Shown here in pieces: positions 12,632-28,004 of a stretch of DNA of 64,000 nucleotides. Each line of letters opens with the position of its first letter. Position 1 is the first letter of the stretch. The translations under genes were made by a program, and so were the position numbers. The stretch covers positions 109,492,001 to 109,556,000 of the forward strand of contig OZ024743.1 in assembly GCA_964016885.1 (NCBI GenBank), in the 5' to 3' direction. The DNA comes from Eledone cirrhosa (lineage: Eukaryota). The notes beneath the pieces are model-generated. The model was not told the DNA's origin. It made no database searches and saw nothing but the letters and a program-made list of their open reading frames with translations.

Positions 12632-12766
12632 TATTTCTGAAGACAGCATATATATGTGATGGTATGTATATTCTCCTTGATAGTTTGTATAATTTTGTAC
12701 ATAGATCTTTTGAATATGCATGCCAATTCTAACACATATATGTCCTAGAAACGATCGTAAAATAAT
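12630..12766 (+). ncRNA. Hammerhead ribozyme with ~100-nt stem II (family B)
   Basis: ATTATTT/AAATAAT stem I; CTGAAGA 12637-12643; stem II base CAGCATATATATGTG/CACATATATGTCCTA; GAAA 12748-12751; palindromic CGATCG; GUA triplet. Confidence 0.7.
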
Positions 12767-12963
12767 GAACTTTTTTTGTTTAATATAAGGAACTGTTTCT
12801 TTGTTTTATTCATTATTTTTTTAATATTTTATCTTGACTCTGTTTTCCGTTTATCTTTCACCGAAAGTGATTTTTGAATGCATCTCTTCTTTCCATGATA
12901 TCCGGATTATATTGAGTTCTTCATGCGGATTGGACACTACCGTAAACTTTTGGTAGATTTATC

Positions 12964-13023
<60 letters not shown>

Positions 13024-13181
13024 GTATAAAGAAATACACAGACACATGCGAATACATATATATACATGCATATACCCACATATATCCCTGAATTTGTGTC
13101 GTGCCAGCCTTAACCGTTGTTGCTCTATGAATAATACGGACAAAATTATCTGAATGGATTAGATTGATTCAATATCAGAGC

Positions 13182-14198
13182 TATATAATACATTATAAAG
13201 AAAGAAGAAACATTAGCTATAAATAAAAAGATATAATATACCTAAATTCTTTCATTATCCGCGACTACGTAGTATCCTGGCTATTATGCAAAAACATTAC
13301 ATCATAGAGATGCAGTAATTTTGTGAGGTTTGCCGACTTATCAAGAGGATACATCATTTAGGGTTTCAAAACACGTCCGTAGGACGCGAGATAGATTCCC
13401 GAAAGGCGGAGGGGGAACTTATGACGTGATACAGCGGTCAAGAAACAGAGCTAAACCTCTTACAACCAAGAGAAAAATACTACAAAAGGCGGAGGGTGTA
13501 TTTATGTCAAGGCCGTAGAAGAGTTGGCCAGAAGGCCGAGAAGTGTGATTAGTTTAAGCTTAACAGCAGTCACTATACTTCAGTGGTTACTCTACCGTAG
13601 GGAGTTATAAACAATACAAAGAAATACATAGACACATGCGAATACATGCATGAGGTTTGCCGACTTATCAAGAGGATACCTCACTTAGAGTTTCAAAACG
13701 CGCCCGTAGAGCGCGAGATAGAATCCCGAAAGGGTTGTATGTATTCGCATGTGTCTGTGTTCTTCTTAGTATTGTTTATAACTCCCTACAGTAGAGTAAC
13801 CACTGAAGCATAGTGACTGCTGTTAAGCTTACACTAATCACACTTCTCGCCCTCCAAGCCAACTCTTCTACGATCTTGACATAAATACCCCTCCGCTCTT
13901 TGTGGTATTTTTCACTTGGTTGTAAGAGGTTTAGCTCTGTTTCTTGACCGCTGTATCACGTGATAAGTTCCCCCTCAGCCTTTCGGGATTCTATCACGCG
14001 TCCTACGGACGTGTTTTGTAGCTCTAGATGAGGTATCCTCTTGATAAGTCGGCAAACTCACAATAATACTGCATTTCTATGATGTAATGTGTTTGCATAA
14101 TAGCCAGGAAACTACGTAGTCGTGCATAATAAAGGAATTTAGGTATATTATATATTTTTTTATTTATATCTAATGTTTCTTCTTTTTTTAAAATATAT

Positions 14199-14200
<2 letters not shown>
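13182..14200. repeat. ~1 kb fold-back: arms 13182-13650 / 13736-14200; spacer is a direct copy of 13324-13406
   Basis: Arms are diverged reverse complements along their length. Confidence 0.92.
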
Positions 14201-14237
<37 letters not shown>

Positions 14238-14289
14238 AAATTAATAAAAACAATGAAATAAACACAAATATCAAGTTGTTTATATAAAA

Positions 14290-14408
14290 AAATGTCATCA
14301 TTTTACGATCGTTTCTGGGATGTATATGTATGTTGGTATGTATACCATATAGATCTATGTAAAAATATTACAAATTATCAGAGGAAATATACATGCCTTC
14401 ACATATAC
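14290..14408 (-). repeat. Partial copy of the family B hammerhead terminus
   Basis: Reverse complement has TATGTG..TAGATCT..CATATAC..GAAACGATCGTAAAATGATGA; the CTGAnGA half is missing. Confidence 0.65.
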
Positions 14409-14409
14409 A

Positions 14410-15785
<1,376 letters not shown>

Positions 15786-15859
15786 GGGAGTATAACTTGG
15801 AGTTAGGTATGTTCACCCGGGCGAGCACTCCTTGTTTAGGTTCAGTTCTGTGTCGAACA

Positions 15860-18800
15860 GCATGGAAGTGTTCTACGACACTTCCTCACTAAAGGACATA
15901 CCTATACCTTCGGATGATGTATACACGAAGCTTTTACTAAAGCAGACAAATAAGTTAATCAGGAGGATCCGCTGGAGAGCCTACAACTACAACGACAGGA
16001 GGGCCCTCGGATCAAGTGACAATTCCACCAACCACATGTAAAACCTTTTCAAATCGACAAAAAACCCACCGCAAAAACCCACTGCTTGAGGAGTTTGAAG
16101 ACAGGATCATTACCATCGTCCGGACCATTAGATTCAGGAAACCACCGCGAGAACCTGACAGAAGTGCATTCCTGTCTGGGCTCGCATCCACTGTAAAAAA
16201 GATCAGGATTAGCATTGGCATCGTCGTACCAGCCGATAAAACAGGAAACATATACAAGTTGGAGTACACAACTTACAACAAATGCATTACAAATGAAATT
16301 GCTAAAATATACAAAACATCAACACAGGAAAATCTAGCACACATAAACAAACATGCGAAAACAATAATGACGGAACTGAGCACTGATGACAGGACTCAAC
16401 CCTACAACCTTAGGACACCGAGGCTATCTATTAAAGATTATAAACCAGACTTTCAGTCAAAACTACCGGTCAGACTCATAGCCCCCTCTAAATCGGACCT
16501 AGGTAGACGTAGCAAATCTATCATTGACCGGATTATACCTGAACTTAGAAATAGAAGTAAACTCAGCCTCTGGTCATGTACAAAGGAGGTAATCGACTGG
16601 TGTTGTGGCATTGAAACTAAGTCGAATGTTCGATTAGTCCAATTGGACATTAAGAAACTACTACGCCACTATATCCCCAATCATCGTTAACAAGGCCGTG
16701 TTCTCAGCCATGAACAGATCTAGCCTCACTAGAAAGGAAGAGGACATCATAGTAGTAGCTAGGAACACCTTACTAGAGTTTGACCGTAGATAATGGGAGC
16801 GACAGAATAGACCAGATAGCTTCGACATTAATATGGGATCGACTGATTCCGCGCAGGTTACAGCTGTAGTAGGCCTATATCTCCTGAAAACGAGATGCCC
16901 TCCTTGGGTGGTGGCTTATACCGTGACTCATAACCTGTGGACTCAATAATAGCCAATTATATAGACTACACAAACGACTTAGGTATATCTTTAAGACACA
17001 ATGATTAGCGGTAGAAATTGAACCTAACAGTAGGACAGTAAACGTTTTAGATGTCACTCTGGAATTAGACACAAGTCTCTAACGTCCATACCACAAACCT
17101 AATGAAAATCTTAAATACGTCAACATACACTCCAACCAGACTAGGAGCATAATTAACTCAATAGTTAAAAGCGTCTCCTATAGAGTGTCCACCCTGTCGG
17201 CAAATAGAACTATCTCCAACCAGCACGCGGAATATTACAACTCCGCACTTAAAAGGCTGGTTACATTGAGATGACTTTTTACAATGACCCAACTAGAACC
17301 GTAACGCCGCTAAACATAATCAGACCGTTAGAAACGAACATAGACGAGGACAACACACCTAGAACAAATAATAACCTAATACCCTCTTTAGCCGGCAGGG
17401 CAGGCAACGTCACACACAACTGTCAACGAGATAAAGCTATACTCTCCAACCCCAATAAGGACTCTGAGTACTGCACACGTTTACGTAGTAATAGGACAAA
17501 AGACATAACGACAATAGATTACTAGGAACCCCTATGACATATACGCATGACCAAAACGCACCCACACTACAATCTAACCACAAAAACCTCACCAAACACC
17601 GTAAAGCCCGAAGTAGACCTGTCACATAGTACCCTGCCCAGTATTCTATACACGTTGCCACCAACATACCGGGAACCTTCTTCATGGCTCTTGAACAATC
17701 TTTTCCACACACAAATGAATACCACAAGCTCTTCAATAGACACACTGTAAAATTCTCTTTCTCCACAGCACCAAATCTAAGCGACACAATAGCAAACACT
17801 AATAGGACAAAAATACGCAAACACATGGTTGCCCCACAAAAAATCCACTACCTCAACCCAGAACGAAACCACATACACAACACAACAACCCACATGCCAG
17901 ATCCACACAGCATACCACCAACCGACAACGTACCACCACACCGATAACATCCAATTGCAACTGCAAAAAACGGGCAGAATGCCACTAAACGGGGAGTGCC
18001 TCGTTAAAAACATCGTTTACAGGTGTGATGTCACAGCTGGCAATAAGGAGTACTCATACATATGTGCCACCTCCACTACGTTTAAGGAGCGCTGGTATAA
18101 CCATAGAAGCTCCTTTAAACATAGGCTGAAACGATCCCAAACTAGACTGGACGATTTGATCTGGGACCTCAAGGACAGGAACATCGAATTCAAGATCATA
18201 TGGTAAGTCAAAAGACGCGTGGCCCAACTCCCCAGTGACAGAAACTACTATAGGCTATGCCTGGCCGAGGTGGCTGGGATAATTAAATTAAAATCTACCA
18301 TAAACAATAGGTGGGACATAATTATCAATTGCAGACACACCAGGTTGAATACCCTTTCTGTACAAACATTCGGCTGAGGGCCGCACACTAACCATGACCC
18401 AACATAATAATAGCCACATTTGCCCTGTCCCACCGTCCCTCATCTCAGTGCATTTGTTTTATAACATGTAATCCTATGTAAGTCCAACTTTTGTATATAT
18501 CATGCCGCATACATGACCCCCACCAAAAGACACATCGCCATACACCCCTCATATTAGTACCATTGTGTTCTATCTGTCCTCTCTGTCAGGTTTTACCTTG
18601 TAATCCATTGTAGCATCCGATCTTGTAAATATAATGTCGATCATATCACCACATCCCCATCACCACCACCACCGCACACATCCCTACATGTCAACCATCC
18701 CACACCCACAACCTTGTTCCCCCATGTTCCCTCTGTTTTAACCTACAATCTTTTGTTAAATTCGATCCTGTAAATATATTGTCGCACACACCATCACCGC

Positions 18801-19216
18801 CAACAGTAGATACATCCCCATATTTCAACAATCATTAACATAATTAACATCACCAACACATATCATCCCTCCCTCCCACAATCACTGTGTTATATCCGCC
18901 CTCTCTGTCAGCCTTACCTTATAAACCACTGTAACATCTGATCATGTAAATATATGTTTGAACATATCACCCCCATCGCCACCACCACGAACACTATACT
19001 ATATGTTCACAACCTTGTTTTCCACGTGTTCCCTATGTCACTTTTTAGCCTGTAACCCATCCTATAATTCGATCCTGTATATTTTTTGTCGCTCACAACA
19101 CCACCACCGCCACCACAAGACACATCTCCATACTCCAACAATCATTAACATCACTAACTTCGCCAATACATACTTTCCCTCCCTAAACAACGAAAATGTG
19201 TGTGTATGTGTGTAAG

Positions 19217-19279
<63 letters not shown>

Positions 19280-20150
19280 AAAAAAAAAGGAATCGAAAAT
19301 GCAACTGGAGTCCATTTTTAAAAATAAGACTCCAGTTGTATTTTTGATTTCATCTCTTTTTTATTTATACTTTCACTCGTGTAGGACACCTCGGTTATTT
19401 TTCATTTTGCAAAAAAAAACATCACTTTCTAATATATATATATATGTATACTTATATGTACAACGATATCTCAATTGGCTCTCCCCCTCCCTCTATCTAT
19501 GTATTACGCCATCCCCACTGAAACTCCCCCCTCTCTCTATATATGCACACACACACATGTGTATATACGTATGTGTATATATATATATGTGTATGTATGT
19601 GTGTGTGCGCATGTGTGTCTATGTGTGTATATGTCAGTTTGTATATACGCATGTATATGTATACAACGTTTCTGTCAGTCTAAGTGTGTCTAAGTATGTA
19701 TCTCCTCATTGTATTGGATACCACCAACACATCCACCACACCACCATAAACACCATTACCATAAACAACAACACCACCCCACACATCACGCACAATAATC
19801 AGCCAGAAATACACTCCAATCTGTCTACCGAACATCCACCGCCCCCACATTAAAGCACAACTCAGCCTGCGACCGTCACCACCATCTTATCATCACATCC
19901 ACACCCACATACAGTGCAGGCCAAAACATACCTATGAGCTATCCGACCAATCAAAACAAGTCTTATTGACCAACATATGAACTGACTTTACCATATAGCA
20001 TGTATTCCTTTTCTACTAGCATTTTAAGGGGTCCGTCGAGCTGCGGATTATAGAGTCGGGTAAGATCGATACAGATCGAACCTCGAGATGATCAGTGGCG
20101 AAACGTGTGTCACTTACCATTAAATGCAATGAAGGAGTAACGAATCGTCC
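15860..20150 (+). mobile_element. Near full-length degenerate Naiad-clade PLE with long sub-repetitive 3' region
   Basis: SLKDIPIPS..IRRIRWRA, VPADKTGNIY, LSIKDYK..VRLIAPSKSDLG, FDINMGS, CLVKNIVYRCDV..YICATSTTFKERWYNHRSSF. Coding relic ~15860-18380; the 3' boundary is inferred. Confidence 0.88.
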
Positions 20151-20153
20151 TTG

Positions 20154-20217
<64 letters not shown>

Positions 20218-20344
20218 GTAAGCAGGAAAATGCTTATCGTGATCCAGTTCGTGATTAAGAAAGCTAGTTTCATGGACGGTTTCAACGTACGGTTAGGGGT
20301 AACTCCACAAGTTTGTAAGAATTCCGTTCAATCTTGGAGTATAA

Positions 20345-21270
20345 AGTATAAAAGAGAAAACACAGCTAAGCATTAAGAAAAGGATTTTATCAAGCTATTT
20401 ACGACAGTTTCATTGGTAAGTGCAACCTTATATTGCTATACTGCAATAGCAGCCACTCAATGATAATTGTTGTTCACGTCCAAATTTTCAAAATAGTGAG
20501 TAAGTTACTCTTAAAAAAGTTCTTAATATATAGAGAAAAATATATTTTGAGAATTGTATTTACTAGTATAGAGAGAGAGGAAGAGGAAATATAAAATGGG
20601 GGGGGGGGGGGACAAACGGAATAGTATAGAGAGAGAGGAAAGAGGAGAAGAGTTAGGAAGTAGATTGACAAACTGAGATGGAGGGAGGGATAGAGGTGGA
20701 AGGATTCCTTGATCAGTTTTGTTACGTAGACTTCATGTCGTCGATTTAGATTTTAGTGAGTTAAAGAGAATTACATTGTTTATAGTGGGAGGGATGGAGA
20801 GAGGGAGAGAGAGGGGGAATATATAGAGAGATAAATATATATGTAAAAAAAATAAAGAAGGGGGGGGGGAGAAGAGGAGAAAAGATAGAAAGGAAGAAAA
20901 CGAAAAGAAATAGAAAAGGAATGAAGGAGGGATATAGGTATTGATTTTTGTGGGTAATTAAAGGGGTTAGATACAATAAGAGGGTAGGAAGTCTAAGTAT
21001 ATGCAGTTTGTCAGGTGGTACTAAGAGGTTAAGTGTTCGATTTGAACTTGTAGTGCGAAAACTTTTCTTTGAGTCTATGGTTACAATAAATTGATCTTTT
21101 TAAGAGTAACTTACCCACTATTTTGAAAATTTGGACGTGAACAACCATTATCATTGTGTGGCTGCTATTTGCAGTATAGCAAAATAAGGTTGCACTTACC
21201 AATGAAACCGTCGTAAATACCAGGATAAAATCCTTTTCTTAATGCTTGCCTGTGTTTTCTCTTTTATACT
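20345..21270. repeat. Inverted terminal repeats (20345-20517 / 21097-21270) around a purine-rich interior; probable PLE terminus relic
   Basis: Arms are reverse complements; right arm has GAAA-CCGTCG-TA; ends in (TA)n. Confidence 0.8.
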
Positions 21271-21285
21271 ATATATATATATATA

Positions 21286-22021
21286 GCAGTCAAAAATATT
21301 TCCCTGAGTCCAGTCTTTTTCGTGGCTGTGGCAATGCGGCTGGACTGCCGATCGTTATATTTGGTTTGCAAAACTGTCTTGTCTAAACGTATAGTTATAA
21401 CTCTGGGGTATTATACTCCATCGAGTGTTAAAGCTACATTCCAAATCTGCATTCATTAACTTAGCCGCTGCCTAAATCTTCGTTAACGCTGTACTAAAAT
21501 GTGTATTTTAACTCCTAGAATTAACGATTAACTGATTAATTTAATTAGTCAATTCTATTGATTAATTAATTGTTTATATTTGTTTGATAACTTCTGGTTG
21601 AGTGCTTAATTCGGTTTGTCCAAGGGAATATCATTCAGTTGTCTCAAATTTCGAATTCACCGCCAAAACGGGGGTGACCTATCTTTGAGAAAACCACGTG
21701 TCTATAGCGAAATCTACTGCTAGAACACACCCGCTGAGGCTATAGATACAAGACTTGTTGACGAAGTAAATCATTTGTTCTGTCGTCAAAGGCCATTATC
21801 TACCAGTCCCCTGCCAGCGGAATTAGCCGATCTCAGATCAGATTTACAGAAACCTAGCGTGAATATTGTATGTTATATGTGATGTATATCGTATGCTATA
21901 CGGTATGCGTTATGTGTTGCATTCGGACTCCGCGCGATGGTCCAGGTCAGTCAAAAATCTTTCCCTGATTCCAGTCTTTTTCGTGGCTATGGCTTCGTTA
22001 AGGCTGTACTAAAATGTGTAT
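21286..22021. repeat. Segment with direct terminal repeats; the second copy lacks ~145 bp
   Basis: 21948-22021 equals 21286-21332 joined to ~21479-21506; flanked by (TA)n. Confidence 0.75.
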
Positions 22022-22022
22022 A

Positions 22023-22084
<62 letters not shown>

Positions 22085-22172
22085 TGCTGCTGATGAACAT
22101 GGACTTTGAACGTAAAACATTCCGACTGGTCTAATCTCAGGAACATATACTTTCGAACATACACACACACAC

Positions 22173-22276
<104 letters not shown>

Positions 22277-23080
22277 TTCTGTGTATTTAAATATATAATT
22301 ATATATCTATATGTACATATATACATGTGTTTGTATGCATATGTGTTTAAGTGTGTGCACATACGCCCATTCTGCATCTGTATAACAGTGTACCACGAAA
22401 CGAAAGAAGTAACAAAACTGCAAAGGTAGATAGATAGCTTGCAGCGTGGAAAATGTTATTTGTTTAGTTGAAACATGTGAATATATTTGCACAAAGAGCG
22501 TTTAGCCTACGGCTGTTTCGTTGGAACCCTTATGTTCAACGAAAGCTTGAGCCAAATATTGCAGTTCATAGGACATCAAAGGAATATTATTATCTTCAAA
22601 TCTTTGCCAGCAGTGAATGGAGAAATCTCACTTCGATCCAAAACCATAGTGATGAGATCATTTTATTATTCAGTTTAGCAGTCATAACTTGATATCTTAA
22701 ATAACTAGTAATTCAGCTAAAATGAAGCATACCAAAATACGTTGCGTATTAATTATACATAGAGATTACACACTGACACACAGACACATGTCCACATACA
22801 CACATACACTATTACTCTCTCTCTCTCTCTCTTTCTCACAAACACACTCATAAACACCCAATATATATAAAGAGTTGTAAATGCTTCTGAGATGTGAGTT
22901 ACATCTCAGCGTAGTCACACTTCCCCTCATTCATCTCAACCTTTGAATATCATGAACGATGTGAAACCGGTAACGTTATGAATTATTGTAAATAAAGCTT
23001 CTTAAAGACTGCAATTGCATATTCTACTTTTTCCCATGTTTTTTTTTTCATGTGGGATAGGTTAGAAAACCTTACTTTAC

Positions 23081-23156
<76 letters not shown>

Positions 23157-23160
<4 letters not shown>

Positions 23161-23340
23161 ATGTTCAAGACCCCGACGGCAGAGTTCGACCCGTTTCGAC
23201 GGCCATAAACAGACGTCGAAACAGCTGAAGCTTTGCCGTTGGGGTCTTGAAAATGTTCCTATTACCCACTCTACTACTCTAAGTATTGAGTACTCTGGTG
23301 CTTTATGGTCCACCTGGTTCCTTCCCACACTTCCTTCGAT
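23157..23340 (+). repeat. Family E terminus, fold-back form
   Basis: GACCCCGACGGCAGAG..TTTCGACG / CGTCGAAAC..GGGGTC palindrome followed by the TTACCCACTCTACTAC..ATTGAGTACT tail. Confidence 0.8.
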
Positions 23341-23619
23341 ATATATATATATATATAAAGGGATAAAATGAAAGGAAATTTCATTTCCCACTCTTAGTGC
23401 GGCTGTTACTTAAATATAAGTATGTACACGTACATACATATATGTATACAGACGTACAGTAGTATCTATATATATATACATACATGCACACATATATATA
23501 TATGTACGTATGGATTCACCGAACATTTATTATAATCCTCGGTGTGTTTGTAAGCAAACATCCCGTATTAAGGCGTAAGGCGTAGTGTCTAGCAAACTTC
23601 GTTGCTCGTTTGTTCAACA

Positions 23620-23660
<41 letters not shown>

Positions 23661-23764
23661 AATGAGAGGTATAGAGATTGTTTTAGCAAGAAGCTAACGG
23701 CATTCTATAACATATATGCGACCATAATATATATATTTATATGTATATATATATATATATATAT

Positions 23765-23885
<121 letters not shown>

Positions 23886-23942
23886 AGTAAATCAACAGGA
23901 GGGCGGAATGGTGATAAAGTTTTGATGTTTTACTACTGTAAA

Positions 23943-24003
23943 ACCACTATATATATTTCAATAGCCAAGTTACTTAAAACCATGGTGACATCATCAGGTA
24001 TAT
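23943..24003 (-). ncRNA. Degenerate hammerhead (family C)
   Basis: Reverse complement TAC-CTGATGA-TGTCACCATGG..TGGCTATT-GAAA-TATATA-TA-GTG; paralog of 28216-28273. Confidence 0.5.
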
Positions 24004-24624
24004 AATTCATTGATCAATAAAAAACATACCTAAAAACGAACAGAAATAAGAGAAAATATTTGATTCGGTGACGATTCGCAATATCGTTGTTACTGTTGTT
24101 GCGGACCATATCTGAATAAGCTCGTCAATGCTAAGTATTTTGGGTTTTGTAGGCGCGACAGTGCGGTGGAGATTCTGCTGTAGCGATAGAAATGCTGCTG
24201 TTTTATACTGTTACGTCGTAAAAGAGAACCAAACAGCTAATGGCTACAATGGTTATAGGTACTAATCTCTGTGTTTTTTTACCTGTTTTTTTACCTGTAA
24301 TATGGTGATGAAGAAAATTAATTTAAAGGAGATTTTTCCTAAGAAAATAAAGAGGGTTATAAAAGCTTTTGAAATGCCGTGTAAAATAAATGAAGAAAAA
24401 ATACATTAAGAAAAAATGAATGCAATCCGAACATTATGATTCTTGCCAGGCTCTTACGTTAGCAGGCCGTTCAAATATATATATTGTTACTTGCAGAAAT
24501 ACATTTTAAAAGTATAAACCCAGTCCAGCACACCGCTATTTTAATAATTGTGAATAAAACAAATTCCCGGCCTGTAGAAGCCTTTTCTGTATTAAACTTG
24601 ATATAAATATATATCTATATATAT

Positions 24625-25430
24625 ATGTGAATTTCGTATATCTAAAGATATATGGTATGTTTAATAAATACACATTTTAAAAGCCTCAGCTATAAATAGA
24701 AGGCTAAAGGCCAGTGCAGTGTGTATGTGAATTTCGTATATCTTAAGATATACAGTATGTTTGATACATAAATATTTTGATACATAAATATTTTAATACA
24801 CAAATATTTTGAAAGCTTCAGCTGTGAATAGGAGGCTGGCGGTCAGCGCCGGCTAACGGAATTCAGCAGAAGCAGCGGGGAATAATTGTCTAGGCATTTT
24901 GAACTTAAATGGTACACATCAAGACAATGCTTTCCACATGCTTACTACTTTGAGACAGGCGAACATATATGGGATTTTCGCCTTTGCTTTCGGGCTGATT
25001 AGTCGCATTTGCACATGAAGTTGTATAAGTTGGCTCAACTAAAATATAATTAGAATTTAGCTTCGACATAGCTATATACACACATGTATGTGAATATCGT
25101 ATATCTTAAGATATACGGTATGTTTAATACATAAATATTTTGAAAACCTCAGCTACGAAGGTTGACGCCAGCGCCGTCTAGCGATATACAGCAGAAGCAG
25201 CGGTGAATAATTGTCTAGGCATTTCGTACTTAAATTGTTCTCAGCAAGACAATGCTCCCCCCTCCTTCCTACTGGACTTTGAGACAGGTGAACGTATCTA
25301 GTTTTTTTTCGCCTGGGCTTATGGGCTGATTAGTCGCATTTGCATGCGGAGTTGTATAAGTTGACTCAACTTAAAACAGAATTAGAATTTACCTTCCACA
25401 TAGTTCTATACATACATATATTTGAATTTC
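24625..25430. repeat. Tandem ~360 bp duplication plus partial units
   Basis: ATGTGAATWTCGTATATCT starts at ~24625, 24726 and 25088; CAGCAGAAGCAGCGG..GGGCTGATTAGTCGCATTTGCA occurs twice. Confidence 0.85.
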
Positions 25431-25867
25431 GAACTTAAATTTGTCTTATAAAGACAAGGCTTCCCCTTGAATACTGTGGTGCCTTTGCCAGGGGTCGAAA
25501 CTGTCCATTTCCCTTCTCATCAGCCCATGGCCCTGGATTTTTGTGTCTTTCATTTGTATTTCTATTTCTTTTAAACTAATGTTTTAAGATTCTCTTCGAT
25601 TTCGTCGTAAGCGTTATAATAATAATACTTTGTGTTTTTGCCTCTCTGTTTTAGTCTCGTCAATACTTAAACAATATATACATATATATGTCTGTGTGTG
25701 TGTGTGTGTAAAATGCAAAAAAAATAACAAATGTATCAAAACAAACGATACAGAACATGGAATAAATAGAAGATAAATAAAAAGTAAAGAGTGATGAGAG
25801 GAAGCAACGCGGAAAATGAGGAGAAATTGTGGAGAAAAAACACGCGCGTAATCAGTTGCCCATCATA

Positions 25868-25919
<52 letters not shown>

Positions 25920-26020
25920 ATGTGCCATTGTGTATATATATATATATATATATATATTCCATGTGCCATTACCAACCTCAATTTTCTCTATAACCTTCGT
26001 TTTGTGTAGTAAATTACACT

Positions 26021-26057
<37 letters not shown>

Positions 26058-26068
26058 ATAACATGCGC

Positions 26069-26118
<50 letters not shown>

Positions 26119-26120
<2 letters not shown>

Positions 26121-26221
26121 TGAGATTCTACAGGACTAGAACTGTTTCATTCTTTAGAAATCATCAGGAATCCTGATGATTTCTAAAGAATGAAACAGTT
26201 CTAGTCCTGTAGAATATCATC
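26119..26221. repeat. Near-perfect 103 bp palindrome with a hammerhead core on each strand
   Basis: Centre CAGGA-A-TCCTG at 26170; CTGATGA 26173-26179, GAAA 26192-26195, GTC 26204-26206; one mismatch between arms. Confidence 0.9.
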
Positions 26222-26596
26222 TATATTAAAACTGTTATACTCTGTTATGCATTGAGTACTTTACTTACTGTGATTACCTCCGATTCAACCCGGAATAACG
26301 TATATATATAAATATATATATATGTGTGTGTGTGGGGGGAGGTGTATGTGTGTGTGTGTGTGTGTGTGTGGATGAATATGGAAATATTACAAGCCCAGAA
26401 TAAATATATATATCCACATATAGCATCTTGCTTGGGGCTCTTCATGTTTGTTAACAAGATATTGGTGCAATAGAGAAGGGAGAATGATTGAAATGTTTTA
26501 TGTTTGTATGAAAATAAATAATTCCTGCTTACCCACAAAGGGAAAAATAATAAATGATTTCACAAGATGCACTGGCTCCGTTATTTTATTCCAATA

Positions 26597-26785
26597 ATTG
26601 TTTCTACTTTTGGCACAAGGCCAGCAATTATCCCAGTGCATTACTGGGATTTTATTTTATCGACCCCGTAAGGGTGAAAGGTAAAGTTAACCTCGGCGGG
26701 ATTTCAACTCAGAATGGCAAGGGCCGTAACTCTATGCATCAAAGTATGGCATCCGACCCTCTACCATAACTGCCAATCCACCGAT
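26597..26785 (-). mobile_element. tRNA-derived SINE, near full length
   Basis: Reverse complement of the 7457-7655 family including head, core and tail. Confidence 0.88.
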
Positions 26786-27888
26786 TCCAATAATGATATC
26801 AATTTGTTGGTAGGGGGAAGATTATTATAATAAGCGCTGTGCTTTCCTAGTTGTACATTTTACTGAATATTGAATTAATGAAAGGCAAATTTGACCTTCC
26901 TGGAGAGTATACTTGTAACAATCCAATGCCAAGAAACTATGCTTATCTTAATTCACTATTTGTAAATTAGAGTCACATATGCGGTCGCTTGATAAATCAA
27001 CGTTTCATTGAACCTCTCTCTATCACATTATGCAATGGAGAAAGCATTAGTTAATACTAAAGATGTATACATATTGACTTGCAAAAAAAAAAAAAAAATT
27101 AAATAAACGCCGAATAAAGTTGCACGCGCCTTAATTTATATGTTAAATGTAAATATCGAAAATATGGCCATCTAAACCTGTCCTTCCAATATTGATGCTT
27201 ATATATCCTCACTGGAACGGCTTTTCAAGAGTGTTACTAACATATATTTCCAAAAATATATATAACATAATACATATTCTATTATATATATATATATATT
27301 TATACACCCGCACAAACATACACGCGCAGAAACACACTCCCACTCCCCTCTCTCTCTCATACACACACAAACACACACACACATGCACATATATATATAT
27401 ATATATAACGGTGTGTAGGTGTGAGTGGTATGTGTGTGTAACTGCATGTGAGGTTGTTGTATACATATATAGAGCCTATTGAGGAAAACAAACCAAAGCT
27501 TCCAGCTACAATATTTTAGTTAAATCCAAGTATAAATTTGCAGAAATATTTGTTCGCCTGCGGTTGTTTTGTTAAGCATGTTCATCACAAGTTTGTGCCA
27601 ACTATTGCATTTTACGGGGCATCCAAGACATTTTTTCTCGGTTAGTTGCCAGAAACGAATGAAAGAAATTCGCTTCGATCCAAAACTGCAGGAAAAATAA
27701 TAATAATTTTTTTTTTTTTTTAATTTAGCAATATTAACGTGACATTTTAAACGACCACTAAAAAAAATAAAAAAACAAAAAGATAAAAAATCGAATTTTA
27801 TTTGATATGTATATTTCTGTTTATATACAAGATTATTCAGACACATGCACACACGCACACACACACGCACACAGACACAACAATCACA

Positions 27889-28004
<116 letters not shown>

